Source: Burkholderiales bacterium (GTDB lineage: Bacteria; Pseudomonadota; Gammaproteobacteria; Burkholderiales; SG8-41). Taken from it: a stretch of DNA of 64,000 nucleotides. How positions within the stretch are numbered: the stretch's first letter is position 1; each line of letters opens with the position of its first letter. This document shows positions 20,296 through 30,200 of the stretch, one piece after another. Below the pieces are notes generated by a model. The model ran no database searches and was not told the origin of the DNA. It was given only the letters and a program-made list of their open reading frames with translations. The position numbers and the translations under genes are program-made. The stretch is from assembly GCA_019751125.1 (NCBI GenBank), contig JAIENU010000037.1, positions 17,586 to 81,585 on the forward strand, written 5' to 3'.

Positions 20296-20546
20296 TGGTA
20301 GATTGCCTCGTAGGCCCGTTCGGCGATGGCGTCGTCCATCAGGCAGGCGATGGCTTCGGTGAAGGGTTTCGGCGCGCCTTCGATCAGCAGGTCGGTGAGC
20401 CAGGCATGCACCACCCCTTGGCGTTTGCCGTCGGGCATTTCGAGCAGCCGGCGCAGCGTGCTGTTGATGCGTTCGTCATTGCAGGCGGCGCGCAGCAGAT
20501 CGACAAAGCCATCGACCTCGGCGACCGAGCGCGCGGTCCCGTTCAT
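20277..20546 (-). CDS. Hypothetical protein
   Basis: 89-aa ORF upstream of, and overlapping by 19 nt, the hydrolase gene. It lies divergent from the LysR regulator. No family recognised. Confidence 0.4.
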   Translation of the reverse strand: MNGTARSVAEVDGFVDLLRAACNDERINSTLRRLLEMPDGKRQGVVHAWLTDLLIEGAPKPFTEAIACLMDDAIAERAYEAIYQCKRLR

Positions 20547-20615
20547 GCCGGTGATTTTCCGGCGGCTGTTGCTAGAATGAATGCCGTCATCTCCAGCCTG
20601 CCACGGTCATTTGCA

Positions 20616-21548
20616 ATGAACATCCAGCACCACCTCCTGCGCACTTTTATTGCTGTTGCCGCCGCGCGCACGGTGACCAAGGCTGCCGCGGTACTGCATC
20701 TTACACAGCCGGCGGTGAGTGGACACCTGCGCGTGCTTGAGGATGAGCTGCAGCTGAAGCTTTTCGAGCGCGGCACCGCCGGCATGCGCCTGACCCGTGC
20801 CGGCGAGCTGCTGCTGCCGCACGCGCAGAGCGTGATCGCCGCGATGGACCAGTTCAAGCTGCTGTCGACCCAGCTGCTGAACCGCCGCGCCGAAAAAGTC
20901 CGGCTTGGCACCATCCTTGATCCTGAATTCCTGCGTGTCGGCGCCTTGCTCGCCTCGGTGGTGGAGAAACATCCGCTGCTCGATGTCGAGCTGCAGCACG
21001 GCATCACCATGCAGTGGGTGGACCAGTTGCTCAAGGGTGAACTGGATGCCGGCTTCGGCCTGGGTGCCATTGACGATGCGCGTATCGAGTGCCGCTGGCT
21101 GACCGAGGTCAACCATGTGGTGGTGTATCCGGCGGGTTGGGCCGCGCGGCTGAAAAAAATCGACTGGCCCGAACTTGCGCGCATGCCGTGGATACATCCG
21201 CCCGAGCATTCGCCGCAGCGCCGCCTCTTGGTCGGCATCTTCGAACGTTATCGCCTGACGCCGACGCAATCGGTGCAGGCCGACCAGGAATCAACGATGT
21301 CCTCGCTGGTCGCCGCCGGCGTGGGGCTCTCCATCATGCGTGAGGACCTCGCGCGTGCGGCGCAGCAGCGGGGGCAGGTGAGGATCTGGCCGCCGGGGCG
21401 TGCATCGACCCCCTTGCATTTTATTTATGCGGCATCGCGATCAGACGATCCGATTGTGGTTTCAATCCGTGATGCTGCCCTGGCGATCTGGGATCCGCTA
21501 CGCGAGGCCCGTTCTGCACCAAAAAAGAAAATAAATAAAAACAAGTAG
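20616..21548 (+). CDS. LysR-family transcriptional regulator
   Basis: It starts MNIQHHLLRTFIAVAAARTVTKAAAVLHLTQPAVSGHLRVLEDEL (LysR HTH). The last codons (PKKKINKNK plus stop) are encoded by an inverted AT-rich repeat copy. Confidence 0.88.
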   Translation: MNIQHHLLRTFIAVAAARTVTKAAAVLHLTQPAVSGHLRVLEDELQLKLFERGTAGMRLTRAGELLLPHAQSVIAAMDQFKLLSTQLLNRRAEKVRLGTILDPEFLRVGALLASVVEKHPLLDVELQHGITMQWVDQLLKGELDAGFGLGAIDDARIECRWLTEVNHVVVYPAGWAARLKKIDWPELARMPWIHPPEHSPQRRLLVGIFERYRLTPTQSVQADQESTMSSLVAAGVGLSIMREDLARAAQQRGQVRIWPPGRASTPLHFIYAASRSDDPIVVSIRDAALAIWDPLREARSAPKKKINKNK

Positions 21549-21560
21549 TTGTATTAATTT
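21521..21560 (-). repeat. AT-rich dispersed repeat, copy i (the only clear inverted copy)
   Basis: The reverse complement reads AAATTAATACAACTACTTGTTTTTATTTATTTTCTTTTTT and shares the TTGTTTTTATT core. It overlaps the 3' end and stop codon of the LysR gene. Confidence 0.6.
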
Positions 21561-21701
21561 TGCCCTCTGATGGTGCCTGTCGGCGGTGGTCATTTGCACT
21601 GCTTTGGACAGGCATTGCTGCCCCTTATCCCGTGCATCACGATTCTCGATTGGTGCACTGCAACCTGCGCCGATTAGCCTGCTTCACGACATCATTTTTT
21701 C

Positions 21702-22673
21702 GTGAAAGGGGTGGTCGTGAAGAGTTTGCGGATGGCGCTTGCCTTGTTGTTCCCGGTGCTGGTTTCCTGGTCGGCATCTGCCGGTGCACAGACCTATCCC
21801 GATCGTCCGGTGCGGATGATCATTCCCTACGCCACCGGCGGCGGCACCGACATCCTGATGCGTTACCTGATGATGAAGGTCGAGGCCAACGAAGGCTGGC
21901 GCGTGCTGATCGAAAATCGCGCCGGTGCCACCGGCGTGATCGGTGCGCGCGAAGTGGCGAAGGCCAAACCCGACGGTTTCACCATGCTCGCCGGCCACAT
22001 TGCGCCCAATGCGATCAATCCCGGCGATTTTGTGCAGCCGAAATTTGCGCCGGACTGGCCGCTGGCCGAAGTCGCGCTGGCTGCCGAGGCGCCGTCGCTG
22101 CTGCTGGTGCAGAACGAACTGCCGGTGACCAATGTTGCGGGACTGAAGAAATGGCTGCGCAGCGAGAAAGCCCCGGTGTATGGCTCCGATGGCGCGGGTT
22201 CCCTCGCGCATCTGCAGATGGAACTACTGATGAACCTGCCGGGCATGACCCACATCGCCTACAAGGGCGGCGGCCCGGCGATCCAGGGCTTCATGTCGAA
22301 GGAAGTGCCGGTGCTGTTCTCGCCGGCACCGGTGGCGATTCCGCATATCGCCGGCGGCAAGTTCCGCGTCATCGCGCAGACCGGTTCGTCGCGGCTGTCG
22401 ACGCTGCCCAACATCCCGACCATGGTCGAGTCCGGCGAAAAGGAATTCTCGGCGCCGCTGTGGTGGGGCGTGTTCGCGCCGGTGGGCGCCTCCGAAGACA
22501 TCGCGAAGCGCTGGAACACCGCCGTCAACAAGGCACTGGCCGATGCCACTGTCATCAAGTGGCTGGGCGAGCAGGGCTACTCGGCCCGGCCGATGGGCAT
22601 CAAGGAGTTCAGCACCTACGTCACCCGTGAAGTGGATCGCTGGACCAAGGTCTCCGCCAACATCAAGCAGTAG
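21702..22673 (+). CDS. Bug/TctC-family substrate-binding protein
   Basis: Signal peptide, then the motif TYPDRPVRMIIPYATGGGTDILMR. Confidence 0.85.
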   Translation: MKGVVVKSLRMALALLFPVLVSWSASAGAQTYPDRPVRMIIPYATGGGTDILMRYLMMKVEANEGWRVLIENRAGATGVIGAREVAKAKPDGFTMLAGHIAPNAINPGDFVQPKFAPDWPLAEVALAAEAPSLLLVQNELPVTNVAGLKKWLRSEKAPVYGSDGAGSLAHLQMELLMNLPGMTHIAYKGGGPAIQGFMSKEVPVLFSPAPVAIPHIAGGKFRVIAQTGSSRLSTLPNIPTMVESGEKEFSAPLWWGVFAPVGASEDIAKRWNTAVNKALADATVIKWLGEQGYSARPMGIKEFSTYVTREVDRWTKVSANIKQ

Positions 22674-22789
22674 CTGCGCGATCAGGCATGAGGTCGCGGC
22701 CCATGCCGTGGCCTTATCGCCGGTATCGCAAAACACGATTGGCGCACGGCATGGTGGTTGCTTAAGCTGAATGCCGTGATCAACACCCG

Positions 22790-23797
22790 ATGCCAAGGAT
22801 TGCCATGACCACTGCACAGACCCTCGACCGCAAGATCACCGGGCGCCTCGCCTGGACCCGCGCCGACCTGCGGCAAGAAGAATGGTTTCTCAAGTTTCCC
22901 GAAGAATGTGTGGCCGAGCTGCGCGCCGCGATTGCGCTGGCGCGCCCGCACCGCCTGCCGGTGATGCTGTGGACCCCGGAGCAATTCCGCCTCGATGCCT
23001 GCCGCCGCTTCATGGCGCAGGTCAAAAACATTCTCGACGGCGGCGTGCGCTTCGCGCTGGTGGACCGCCTGCCGGTCGAGGAGATGACGGTGGACGAGGC
23101 GAAGTTTGCCTATTGGCTGCTGTCCTCGCTGATCGCGCGGCCGGTGGCGCAGAAGCACGACGGTTTTGACGCCAATGCCTTCCTGTCCGATGTGCTCGAC
23201 ACCGGCCTGAAGCCCACCCCCGGTTCCGGCGTGCGTCCGGACCGCACCAATGTCGACCTGATCTATCACAACGACAACGCCTTCAACCACACCATGCCGG
23301 AGTATGTCGGGCTGTTGTGCCTGCAGCCGGCCAAATCGGGCGGTGTCAGCCGGGTGATGAGTTTTTACACCGTGCACAACGAACTGCTCGACAGCCATCC
23401 CGGGGCGCTACCGAGGCTTTACCAGCCGTTCTGGATCGACCGCCAGCGCGAACATGATCCCGAAGACGAACGCCTGATCGCGGCGCCGATGTTCGGCTAC
23501 GACGGCGCCAAACTCAACGCGCGGCTGTGCCTGCACCAGGTCAAGAACGGCTACGCGATGAAGGGCGAGGCCATGGATGACCGCACGCAGGAGGCGGTGA
23601 TGGCGCTCGAGGATGTTTTCGAGCGCGAGCAGTTGACGCTGCACTTCACCATGCAGCGCGGCCAACTGCAGTTCTGCAACAACCTCGAAACCGGCCACAG
23701 CCGCACCGAGTTCGAAGACTTCGAGGACCGCGCGCAGCGCCGCCATCTGGTGCGCATCTGGCTGCGTGACCATGGTCTGCGTGCCTATCGCGGTTAA
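22790..23797 (+). CDS. TauD/TfdA-family Fe(II)/2-oxoglutarate-dependent dioxygenase
   Basis: HxD in LIYHNDNAF. Distal His/Arg in ETGHSRTEF. Length is about 330 aa. Confidence 0.7.
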   Translation: MPRIAMTTAQTLDRKITGRLAWTRADLRQEEWFLKFPEECVAELRAAIALARPHRLPVMLWTPEQFRLDACRRFMAQVKNILDGGVRFALVDRLPVEEMTVDEAKFAYWLLSSLIARPVAQKHDGFDANAFLSDVLDTGLKPTPGSGVRPDRTNVDLIYHNDNAFNHTMPEYVGLLCLQPAKSGGVSRVMSFYTVHNELLDSHPGALPRLYQPFWIDRQREHDPEDERLIAAPMFGYDGAKLNARLCLHQVKNGYAMKGEAMDDRTQEAVMALEDVFEREQLTLHFTMQRGQLQFCNNLETGHSRTEFEDFEDRAQRRHLVRIWLRDHGLRAYRG

Positions 23798-23851
23798 GGT
23801 TGTGTGTGATTCAAGCGACGGGAACTTTTGCCGTTATCGCCATACCAAAGC

Positions 23852-23879
23852 TTGAGTCTTTGATTTTTTTGCGTATACT
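23852..23879 (+). promoter_or_regulatory. Putative sigma70 promoter of the czc-like operon
   Basis: TTGAGT (23852-23857), a 16-nt spacer, then TATACT (23874-23879). It lies just upstream of the czcI-like start. Confidence 0.3.
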
Positions 23880-23886
23880 GCGCCGC

Positions 23887-24246
23887 GTGCGAAAACTCCT
23901 GCTCATTCTTTTGCTGGCCATCATGCCCTCCCAGGCGACCTGGGCGGGTGTTGCTGCCTATTGCCAGCATGAGCAGGGCGCTGCGGTGTCGCACTTCGGT
24001 CACCATGACCACGGCTGCCGCGATGCGAAAGCATCGGTGACCGATGCCGAAGGCCAGCCTGCCGGTTCGTCGTTTGCCGACGGTGACTGCCAGGTTTGTC
24101 ACGGCGGCATCGTCGCGGTTTCTCCGGTTTCTCCAGCATTGACTGTCGCTCCGCCTTCAAGCGAAGTACTCAGGGGCACACCGGTACTGTCATTGCCGGA
24201 CTTCGCGTCCCACCCCGAACGCCCCAACTGGTCCGCGCTCGCCTGA
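23887..24246 (+). CDS. Small secreted His/Cys-rich protein, CzcI-like
   Basis: A GTG start gives the signal peptide RKLLLILLLAIMPSQATWA. The motif AAYCQHEQGAAVSHFGHHDHGC follows, with a second CQVCHGG. It is the first gene of the RND metal-efflux cluster. Confidence 0.6.
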   Translation: MRKLLLILLLAIMPSQATWAGVAAYCQHEQGAAVSHFGHHDHGCRDAKASVTDAEGQPAGSSFADGDCQVCHGGIVAVSPVSPALTVAPPSSEVLRGTPVLSLPDFASHPERPNWSALA

Positions 24247-24365
24247 TCGGCGGGCAGGGACTGCATATCCCCTGTTGTTGCACCCGGGCATGACCATGCC
24301 TTGGCAGCACGCGTTTTGCGCGTGTGTCCGCCGATTCCTCCTGTCAACTTGTTGTGGAGAATCGG

Positions 24366-25619
24366 ATGTCATTCCAATGGTTTGGATCAGTATTTTTGTG
24401 GCTGGCTGCACTGCTGTTGCCGGCTACTGCGCTGGCGGCGCAGGCCTCAGGTGCAGCTTCAACACTGGGCGAGGCTTACGCTGCCGCATGGGTGCGGCTG
24501 CCTGAGGCGCGTTCACTCGAGTTGCGACGAGATGCCGCATCGGCACGGCGGGAAATAGCCAATGCCTGGACGGTCGAGGCGCCGGCACTGGAGCTGTCGG
24601 GCAAGACGGATCAACTCAGCCGCAATGACGGCAGCCGCGAGTATGCTGCCGGGGTATCGCTGCCGCTGTGGCTGCCGGGGGAGCGCGCGCGTTTTGGCGC
24701 ACTGGCCGATGCCGAGTCGCAGGCCATTGACAGCCGCCTGCTGGCCGCGCAACTGCGCACCGCCGCCGCGATTCGTGAAACCTGGTGGTCGTGGCAGCGT
24801 GCGCGCGGCCTGAGTGCGGTGGCCGCAGAGCGTCTGGACAATGCACGGCGCATTGCTGTTGATGTCGCGCGCCGGCTGAAGGCCGGCGATCTTGCCCGCG
24901 CCGACCAGCATCAAGCGGATGGCGCAGTGGCGACGGCCGAAGCTGCACTGGCCGAAGCCGATGGTGCGGTGGTAGTTGCGGCGGAGCAGTTGCGCGGTCT
25001 GATCGGCGCATCGCCCTCTGCCCAAGCTGTTGAAACCAGCGAGCGTCTGCCCGCGGTGCCTGCCGATTTCAATACGCTGGACCGCAGGCATCCGGCGATT
25101 GCTGAACTGCTTGACCGTGCCGAAATCGCGCGGCGCACCGCCGAGCTGGCCGCAGTGCAAAAACGCGGAAACCCCGAACTGGTGCTGGCCACCACGCGTG
25201 ATCGCGGCACATTCGCCGATCCGTACTCGCAGACTATCACCGCTGGTGTGCGCATTCCGCTGTCTTCCGAGGTGCGTCATCGCGCGAAGGTCAGTGCTGC
25301 GCGTGCCGAGGCTGCTGAGCTTGATGCGCAACTGCTGATCGAGCGCGAACGCGTGCTGGCTGGTTTGTCCGCATCACGCGCCCGCGTACTTGCGGCACAA
25401 AAACAGCTGGATGCTGCCGGGAACAGGGCGCGACTCGCACGCGAAACGCGCGGGTTTTTTGAAAAATCCTTCCGTCTTGGCGAGAGCGATCTGCCGACCC
25501 GTCTGCGCATCGAACTCGAAGCGGTGGAGGCCGAGCGCCAGATGGCGCTGACCCGCACTGAACTGGCGGTGGCGATTTCCGAATTGCGGCAGGCGCTGGG
25601 CCTGTTGCCTGAGCAGTAA
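24366..25619 (+). CDS. czcC: Outer-membrane efflux protein (TolC/CzcC family)
   Basis: Signal peptide MSFQWFGSVFLWLAALLLPATALAAQA. Long coiled-coil Ala/Arg/Leu-rich repeats are typical of OEP proteins. It lies upstream of the MFP and RND genes. Confidence 0.8.
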   Translation: MSFQWFGSVFLWLAALLLPATALAAQASGAASTLGEAYAAAWVRLPEARSLELRRDAASARREIANAWTVEAPALELSGKTDQLSRNDGSREYAAGVSLPLWLPGERARFGALADAESQAIDSRLLAAQLRTAAAIRETWWSWQRARGLSAVAAERLDNARRIAVDVARRLKAGDLARADQHQADGAVATAEAALAEADGAVVVAAEQLRGLIGASPSAQAVETSERLPAVPADFNTLDRRHPAIAELLDRAEIARRTAELAAVQKRGNPELVLATTRDRGTFADPYSQTITAGVRIPLSSEVRHRAKVSAARAEAAELDAQLLIERERVLAGLSASRARVLAAQKQLDAAGNRARLARETRGFFEKSFRLGESDLPTRLRIELEAVEAERQMALTRTELAVAISELRQALGLLPEQ

Positions 25620-25622
25620 GCA

Positions 25623-26198
25623 ATGACCATGGATAAGACGATGACAATCTTCAGAAAAAAAATGATGGCGATTCTGCTGTGGCTGTCCGCAGCGCTGTTC
25701 AGTGCGGGCGCGATAGCCGGTCCCGGACACGATCACGGTGATGCGCCTGCGGAAGCTGCCGGCACGGCAACGCCGCGGTTTTACGCGGTGTCGGATCTGT
25801 TTGAACTGGTCGGACTGGTCGATGGCCAACGGGTCACGGTGTATCTCGACCGTTTCGCCGACAACAGTCCGGTCAGTGATGCCAGGGTCGATCTCGAGAT
25901 CGGCGGCATCAAGGTCGCATTGCAGGCCGGTGCCGCCGGTGTGCTGGAAGGCGCGCTTGAGCGCGCTTTCAGCGACGGCGTGTTTCCGGTGATGGCGAAT
26001 GTGACCACGGGTCGTGACGTCGATTTGCTCGCAGGTGAGCTCGATCTGCATGCCAAGGCACCTGATGCCGCGGCTCATGCGCATGGCTGGCAGGAATATG
26101 CGGGCATTGCTGCGGCTGCCGTGCTGCTGCTCGTCGTGGCGCTGCTGCTGGTGCGGCGGATGTGGGCTCGTTCAAAACCGACTGCAGGGAACAGGTGA
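25623..26198 (+). CDS. Periplasmic accessory protein with GPGHDHGD motif and C-terminal TM anchor
   Basis: 191 aa. Signal peptide, then AGPGHDHGDAP. This motif is near-identical to the mature N-terminus of the next gene product. C-terminal TM segment: IAAAAVLLLVVALLLV. Tightly packed between czcC and czcB. Confidence 0.65.
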   Translation: MTMDKTMTIFRKKMMAILLWLSAALFSAGAIAGPGHDHGDAPAEAAGTATPRFYAVSDLFELVGLVDGQRVTVYLDRFADNSPVSDARVDLEIGGIKVALQAGAAGVLEGALERAFSDGVFPVMANVTTGRDVDLLAGELDLHAKAPDAAAHAHGWQEYAGIAAAAVLLLVVALLLVRRMWARSKPTAGNR

Positions 26199-26203
26199 TT
26201 CCA

Positions 26204-27226
26204 ATGAATATTCTTAAGCCATTGTTTTTATTGATATTTATTTCCTCCTTCATGGCGCTGCCTGCAATGGCAGGGCCCGGTCACGACCATGGCGATGCCG
26301 CTCCTGCGGCCACCGGCAACAGTCCCAAGCGCCAGGCTGACGGCAGCGTATTTCTGCCCAAGCCGGCGCAACGCCAGATCGGGGTGCGCACTGCAGTGTT
26401 GAAGGACGGCGAGTTGCCCAAAGCCATTGAACTGAATGGCCGCGTGGTGATGGACCCGAATGCCGGCGGCAAGGTGCAGGCGATTGTTGCGGGCCGTGTC
26501 ACGCCGGGTCCGCGCGGCCTTCCGTTGCCGGGACAGAAGGTGAACAAGGGAGAAGTGCTGGCCTATGTCACGCCGGAAGTCGGCGGGCGCACACGTTCGC
26601 TTGCCGAGAGCCGGCTGCAACGCTTGCGCGAACTGGCTGATACCGTGCCCCGCAAGGTGATTGAGGAGGCCGAGGCCGCAGTCGCCAACGAGCAGTTGCG
26701 CGCGCCGGTGAGTGGCGTGATTGCATCCGCTTTTGTGGTGTCGGGGCAGGTCGTGGATGCGCGCGAGACCTTGTTCGAGATCGTCAATCCCGAACGCATG
26801 ATTGTTGAGGCACTTGCGTTTGACATGGCGATTGCGTCGAACATTGCTTCGGCGAGCATCGTCGCCGGCGGCAAACGCGTGCCGCTGAAACTGGTGGGCG
26901 TGGCGCGCAGCCTGCGCGAACAGGCCTTGCCGCTGACTTTCCGCGGTGAAGGTCCGGCGATGGCGCAGCTTGCGCTGGGACAGCCGGTGAAGCTGGTGGT
27001 GCAGACACGCGACACGGTGCGCGGCGTTGCGGTGCCCACCGCGGCGCTGATGAAAAATCCCGCTAATCAGACCATCGTCTGGGTTAAGACCGCGCCCGAG
27101 CGGTTCGAGCCGCGGCCGGTGACGGTGGAGCCGCTGGACGGATCGACGGTGGCACTGCTTTCCGGGGTGGAGCCCGGTCAGCGCGTCGCGGTCGAGGCTG
27201 CAAACCTGATCAACCAGATTCGCTGA
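26204..27226 (+). CDS. czcB: RND membrane-fusion (periplasmic adaptor) protein, CzcB/CusB-like
   Basis: HlyD-type adaptor features: QRQIGVRT, and a lipoyl/beta-barrel region with LRAPVSGVI. The N-terminal signal sequence MNILKPLFLLIFISSFMALPAMA is largely encoded by AT-rich repeat copy d. Confidence 0.85.
   Translation: MNILKPLFLLIFISSFMALPAMAGPGHDHGDAAPAATGNSPKRQADGSVFLPKPAQRQIGVRTAVLKDGELPKAIELNGRVVMDPNAGGKVQAIVAGRVTPGPRGLPLPGQKVNKGEVLAYVTPEVGGRTRSLAESRLQRLRELADTVPRKVIEEAEAAVANEQLRAPVSGVIASAFVVSGQVVDARETLFEIVNPERMIVEALAFDMAIASNIASASIVAGGKRVPLKLVGVARSLREQALPLTFRGEGPAMAQLALGQPVKLVVQTRDTVRGVAVPTAALMKNPANQTIVWVKTAPERFEPRPVTVEPLDGSTVALLSGVEPGQRVAVEAANLINQIR
26211..26245 (+). repeat. AT-rich dispersed repeat, copy d (inside the czcB 5' end)
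   Basis: TTCTTAAGCCATTGTTTTTATTGATATTTATTTCC. Confidence 0.75.
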
Positions 27227-27236
27227 CGAGGCCCCC

Positions 27237-30200
27237 GTGTTCAAGTGGCTGCTGGACAACAGCCTGGCCAACAGGCTGCTGGTGATCATCGCCAGCCTGG
27301 TGCTGATGGCCTATGGCGCATACACACTGTCGAAGACACCGGTCGACGTGTTTCCTGATCTGAACAAACCCACGGTCACGGTGATGACCGAGGCCGGCGG
27401 CATGGCCGCCGAGGAGGTTGAGCAGTTGCTGACCTTCCCGCTGGAAACCGCGATGAACGGACTGCCCGGTGTGGAGTCGGTGCGTTCGGTATCCAGCGCC
27501 GGCCTGTCGTTCATTTACGTGACCTTCAACTGGAACACCGAGATTTTCCGCGCGCGGCAGATGGTGTCGGAGCGGTTGTCGGCGATGGAGGGCGGGATTC
27601 CTCCGGGCATCGTGCCGCGCATGGGCCCGATCAGCTCGATCATGGGCGAGATCATGCAGGTGGCGTTGCCGATTGATCTGTCGAAGGCCACGCCGATGCA
27701 GGTCCGGGAGTATGCCGACTGGGTGTTGCGGCCGCGCCTGATGTCGATTCCCGGCGTAGCGCAGGTGATACCGATCGGTGGCGAGGTGCGCCAGTTCCAG
27801 GTCCAGCCTGACACCGTGATGATGGCCAATCTGGGCATCAGCCACGACCAGCTCGAGTCCGCGCTGCGTGGCTACTCGAGCAATACCTCGGGTGGTTTTC
27901 TCGAGTTGAATGGCCGCGAATACCTGATCCGCAATCTAGGCCGCACGTCGAACCTTGATGACCTCAAAAACATCGCACTGACCAGCCGCAACGGCCAGCC
28001 CATCGTGCTGCGGCAGATTGCTGAGGTGGCGTTTGCTCCGGCGGTGCGCCGCGGCGATGCCGGATTCGAGGGCAGGCCGGCGGTGATCCTCGGCATCCAG
28101 AAGCAGCCCACCGCCGACACCATCAGCCTGACCCGTGCCATCGAGTCGGCGATTGCCGATCTGGCGAAGGCGATGCCCGCAGGCATGGAGGCGCCGCGGG
28201 TCACCTTCCGCCAGGCCACGTTCATCGAATCGTCGATTTCGACGCTGCAGGGCAAGCTGATCGGTGCTTCGCTGTTCGTGGCGGTGATCCTGTTTTTCTT
28301 CCTCGGCACGCTGCGTCCGACCATCATCGCGTTGACCGCGATTCCGGTGTCGATTTTCATCACCGCGCTGGTGTTTCGTTACTTCAACCTGTCAATCAAT
28401 ACCATGACCCTGGGCGGGCTCGCCATCGCCATCGGCGGGCTGGTTGACGATGCCGTGGTCGGCGTTGAAAACGTGATGCGTCGTCTGCGCGAGAACCGCG
28501 TCGCTCATCCTGAGCACCGTCTGCATTCGCTGGAGCTGGTGGCCAAGGCGACGATGGAGGTGCGTTCGGCGATTCTCTACGCGACGATCATCATCGTGCT
28601 GGTATTCCTGCCGCTGTTCGCGCTGCCCGGCATGGAAGGGCGGTTGTTTGTGCCGCTGGGTGTGGCCTTTATCGTGTCGACGCTGGCCTCGCTGGTGGTT
28701 TCGGTGACGGTGACGCCGGTGCTGTCGGTCTATCTGCTGCCGCGCATGAAATCGCTGGATCATGGCGACACGCGGCTGCTGGCCTGGCTCAAGACGCGTT
28801 ACCGCGACGCATTGGATGCCGTGCTGGACCGGCCGAAGGCGGCGATCGCATCGGGCCTGATCACAGTGGTTGTGGCAGCTGCCGCAGTGCCGCTGTTCCC
28901 GACCACCTTCCTGCCGCCCTTCAATGAGGGCACCCTGCTGATCGGCCTGCGCCTGAATCCCGGTGTGACATTGTCGGAATCGGCTGCGCTGGCGCGGCAG
29001 GCCGAGGTGCTGATCAAGCAGGTGCCGGAGGTCACGCATGTCGGCCGGCGCAGCGGTCGTGCCGAGCTGGATGAGCACGCCGAGGGTGTGCATGTCAGTG
29101 AACTCGATGTGGGGCTCAAGCCGGCAACGGAACTCACCCGCAGCATGGGCGAGATTTCGGCGGACATCCGCAGCCGTCTCGTCAATCTGCCGGCGGCGAT
29201 TGCCGTCGGCCAGCCGATTTCCCATCGCATCGACCACATGCTCTCGGGTGTGCGTTCACAGATCGCGGTCAAGATATTCGGTGATGACCTCGACACTCTA
29301 CGCGGCGAGGCTGATGCCTTGCGAGCACGATTGGCGCCGATCACCGGGCTTGCTGACCTCGAAATCGAGAAGCAGGTCCTCGCACCCGAAATCAAGGTGC
29401 GTGTCGATTACGCGGCGGCTGCACGTTACGGCGTGCCGGCTTCGCAGGTGCTGACAGTCCTGCAAAGCATGGTTGAGGGTGAGCGCGTGACCCAGATCGT
29501 CGAGGGTTCGCGCCGCTTTGCGCTGGTGGTGCGTCTGCCGGAGCAGGCGCGGTCCATCGAGGGTCTGAACCAGATCATGATCGAAACACCTTCGGGCCGT
29601 ATTCCGTTGTCTCGGATTGCCAGCATCGAGGATGGTGATGGTCCCAACCAGATCAGCCGCGATGACGGCAAACGCCGCATCGTGATTTCGGCCAATGCGC
29701 AGGGGCGGGCATTGTCCGAGGTGGTCGCTGATATCCGCAAGGTGGTGGCCGACAGCAAACTGCCCGAGGGTTACTTCATCACGCTGGGCGGACAGTTCCA
29801 GGCGCAGGAAGAGGCTTCGCGCTTGGTCGGGCTGCTGTCGATTGTGTCGCTGACGCTGATGTTTGTCGTGCTCTACAGCCGTTACCAGTCGATGATCCTG
29901 TCGGCGCTGATCATGGCCAACATTCCGCTGGCGCTGGTCGGCGCGGTGCTGGGGCTGTGGTTGTCAGGGCAGCCGCTGTCGGTGGCTGCGCTGGTCGGTT
30001 TCATCACGCTCGCCGGCATTTCGGTGCGTAACGGCATTCTCAAGGTCAGCCATTACATCAACTTGATGCGTTTCGAAGGCGAAAACTTTGATCGCAAGAT
30101 GATCCTGCGCGGCTCCATGGAGCGCCTGTCGCCTGTGCTGATGACGGCGCTGGTGACGGCTTTTGCGCTGGCACCGCTGCTGTTCGAAGCAGAGCGGCCG

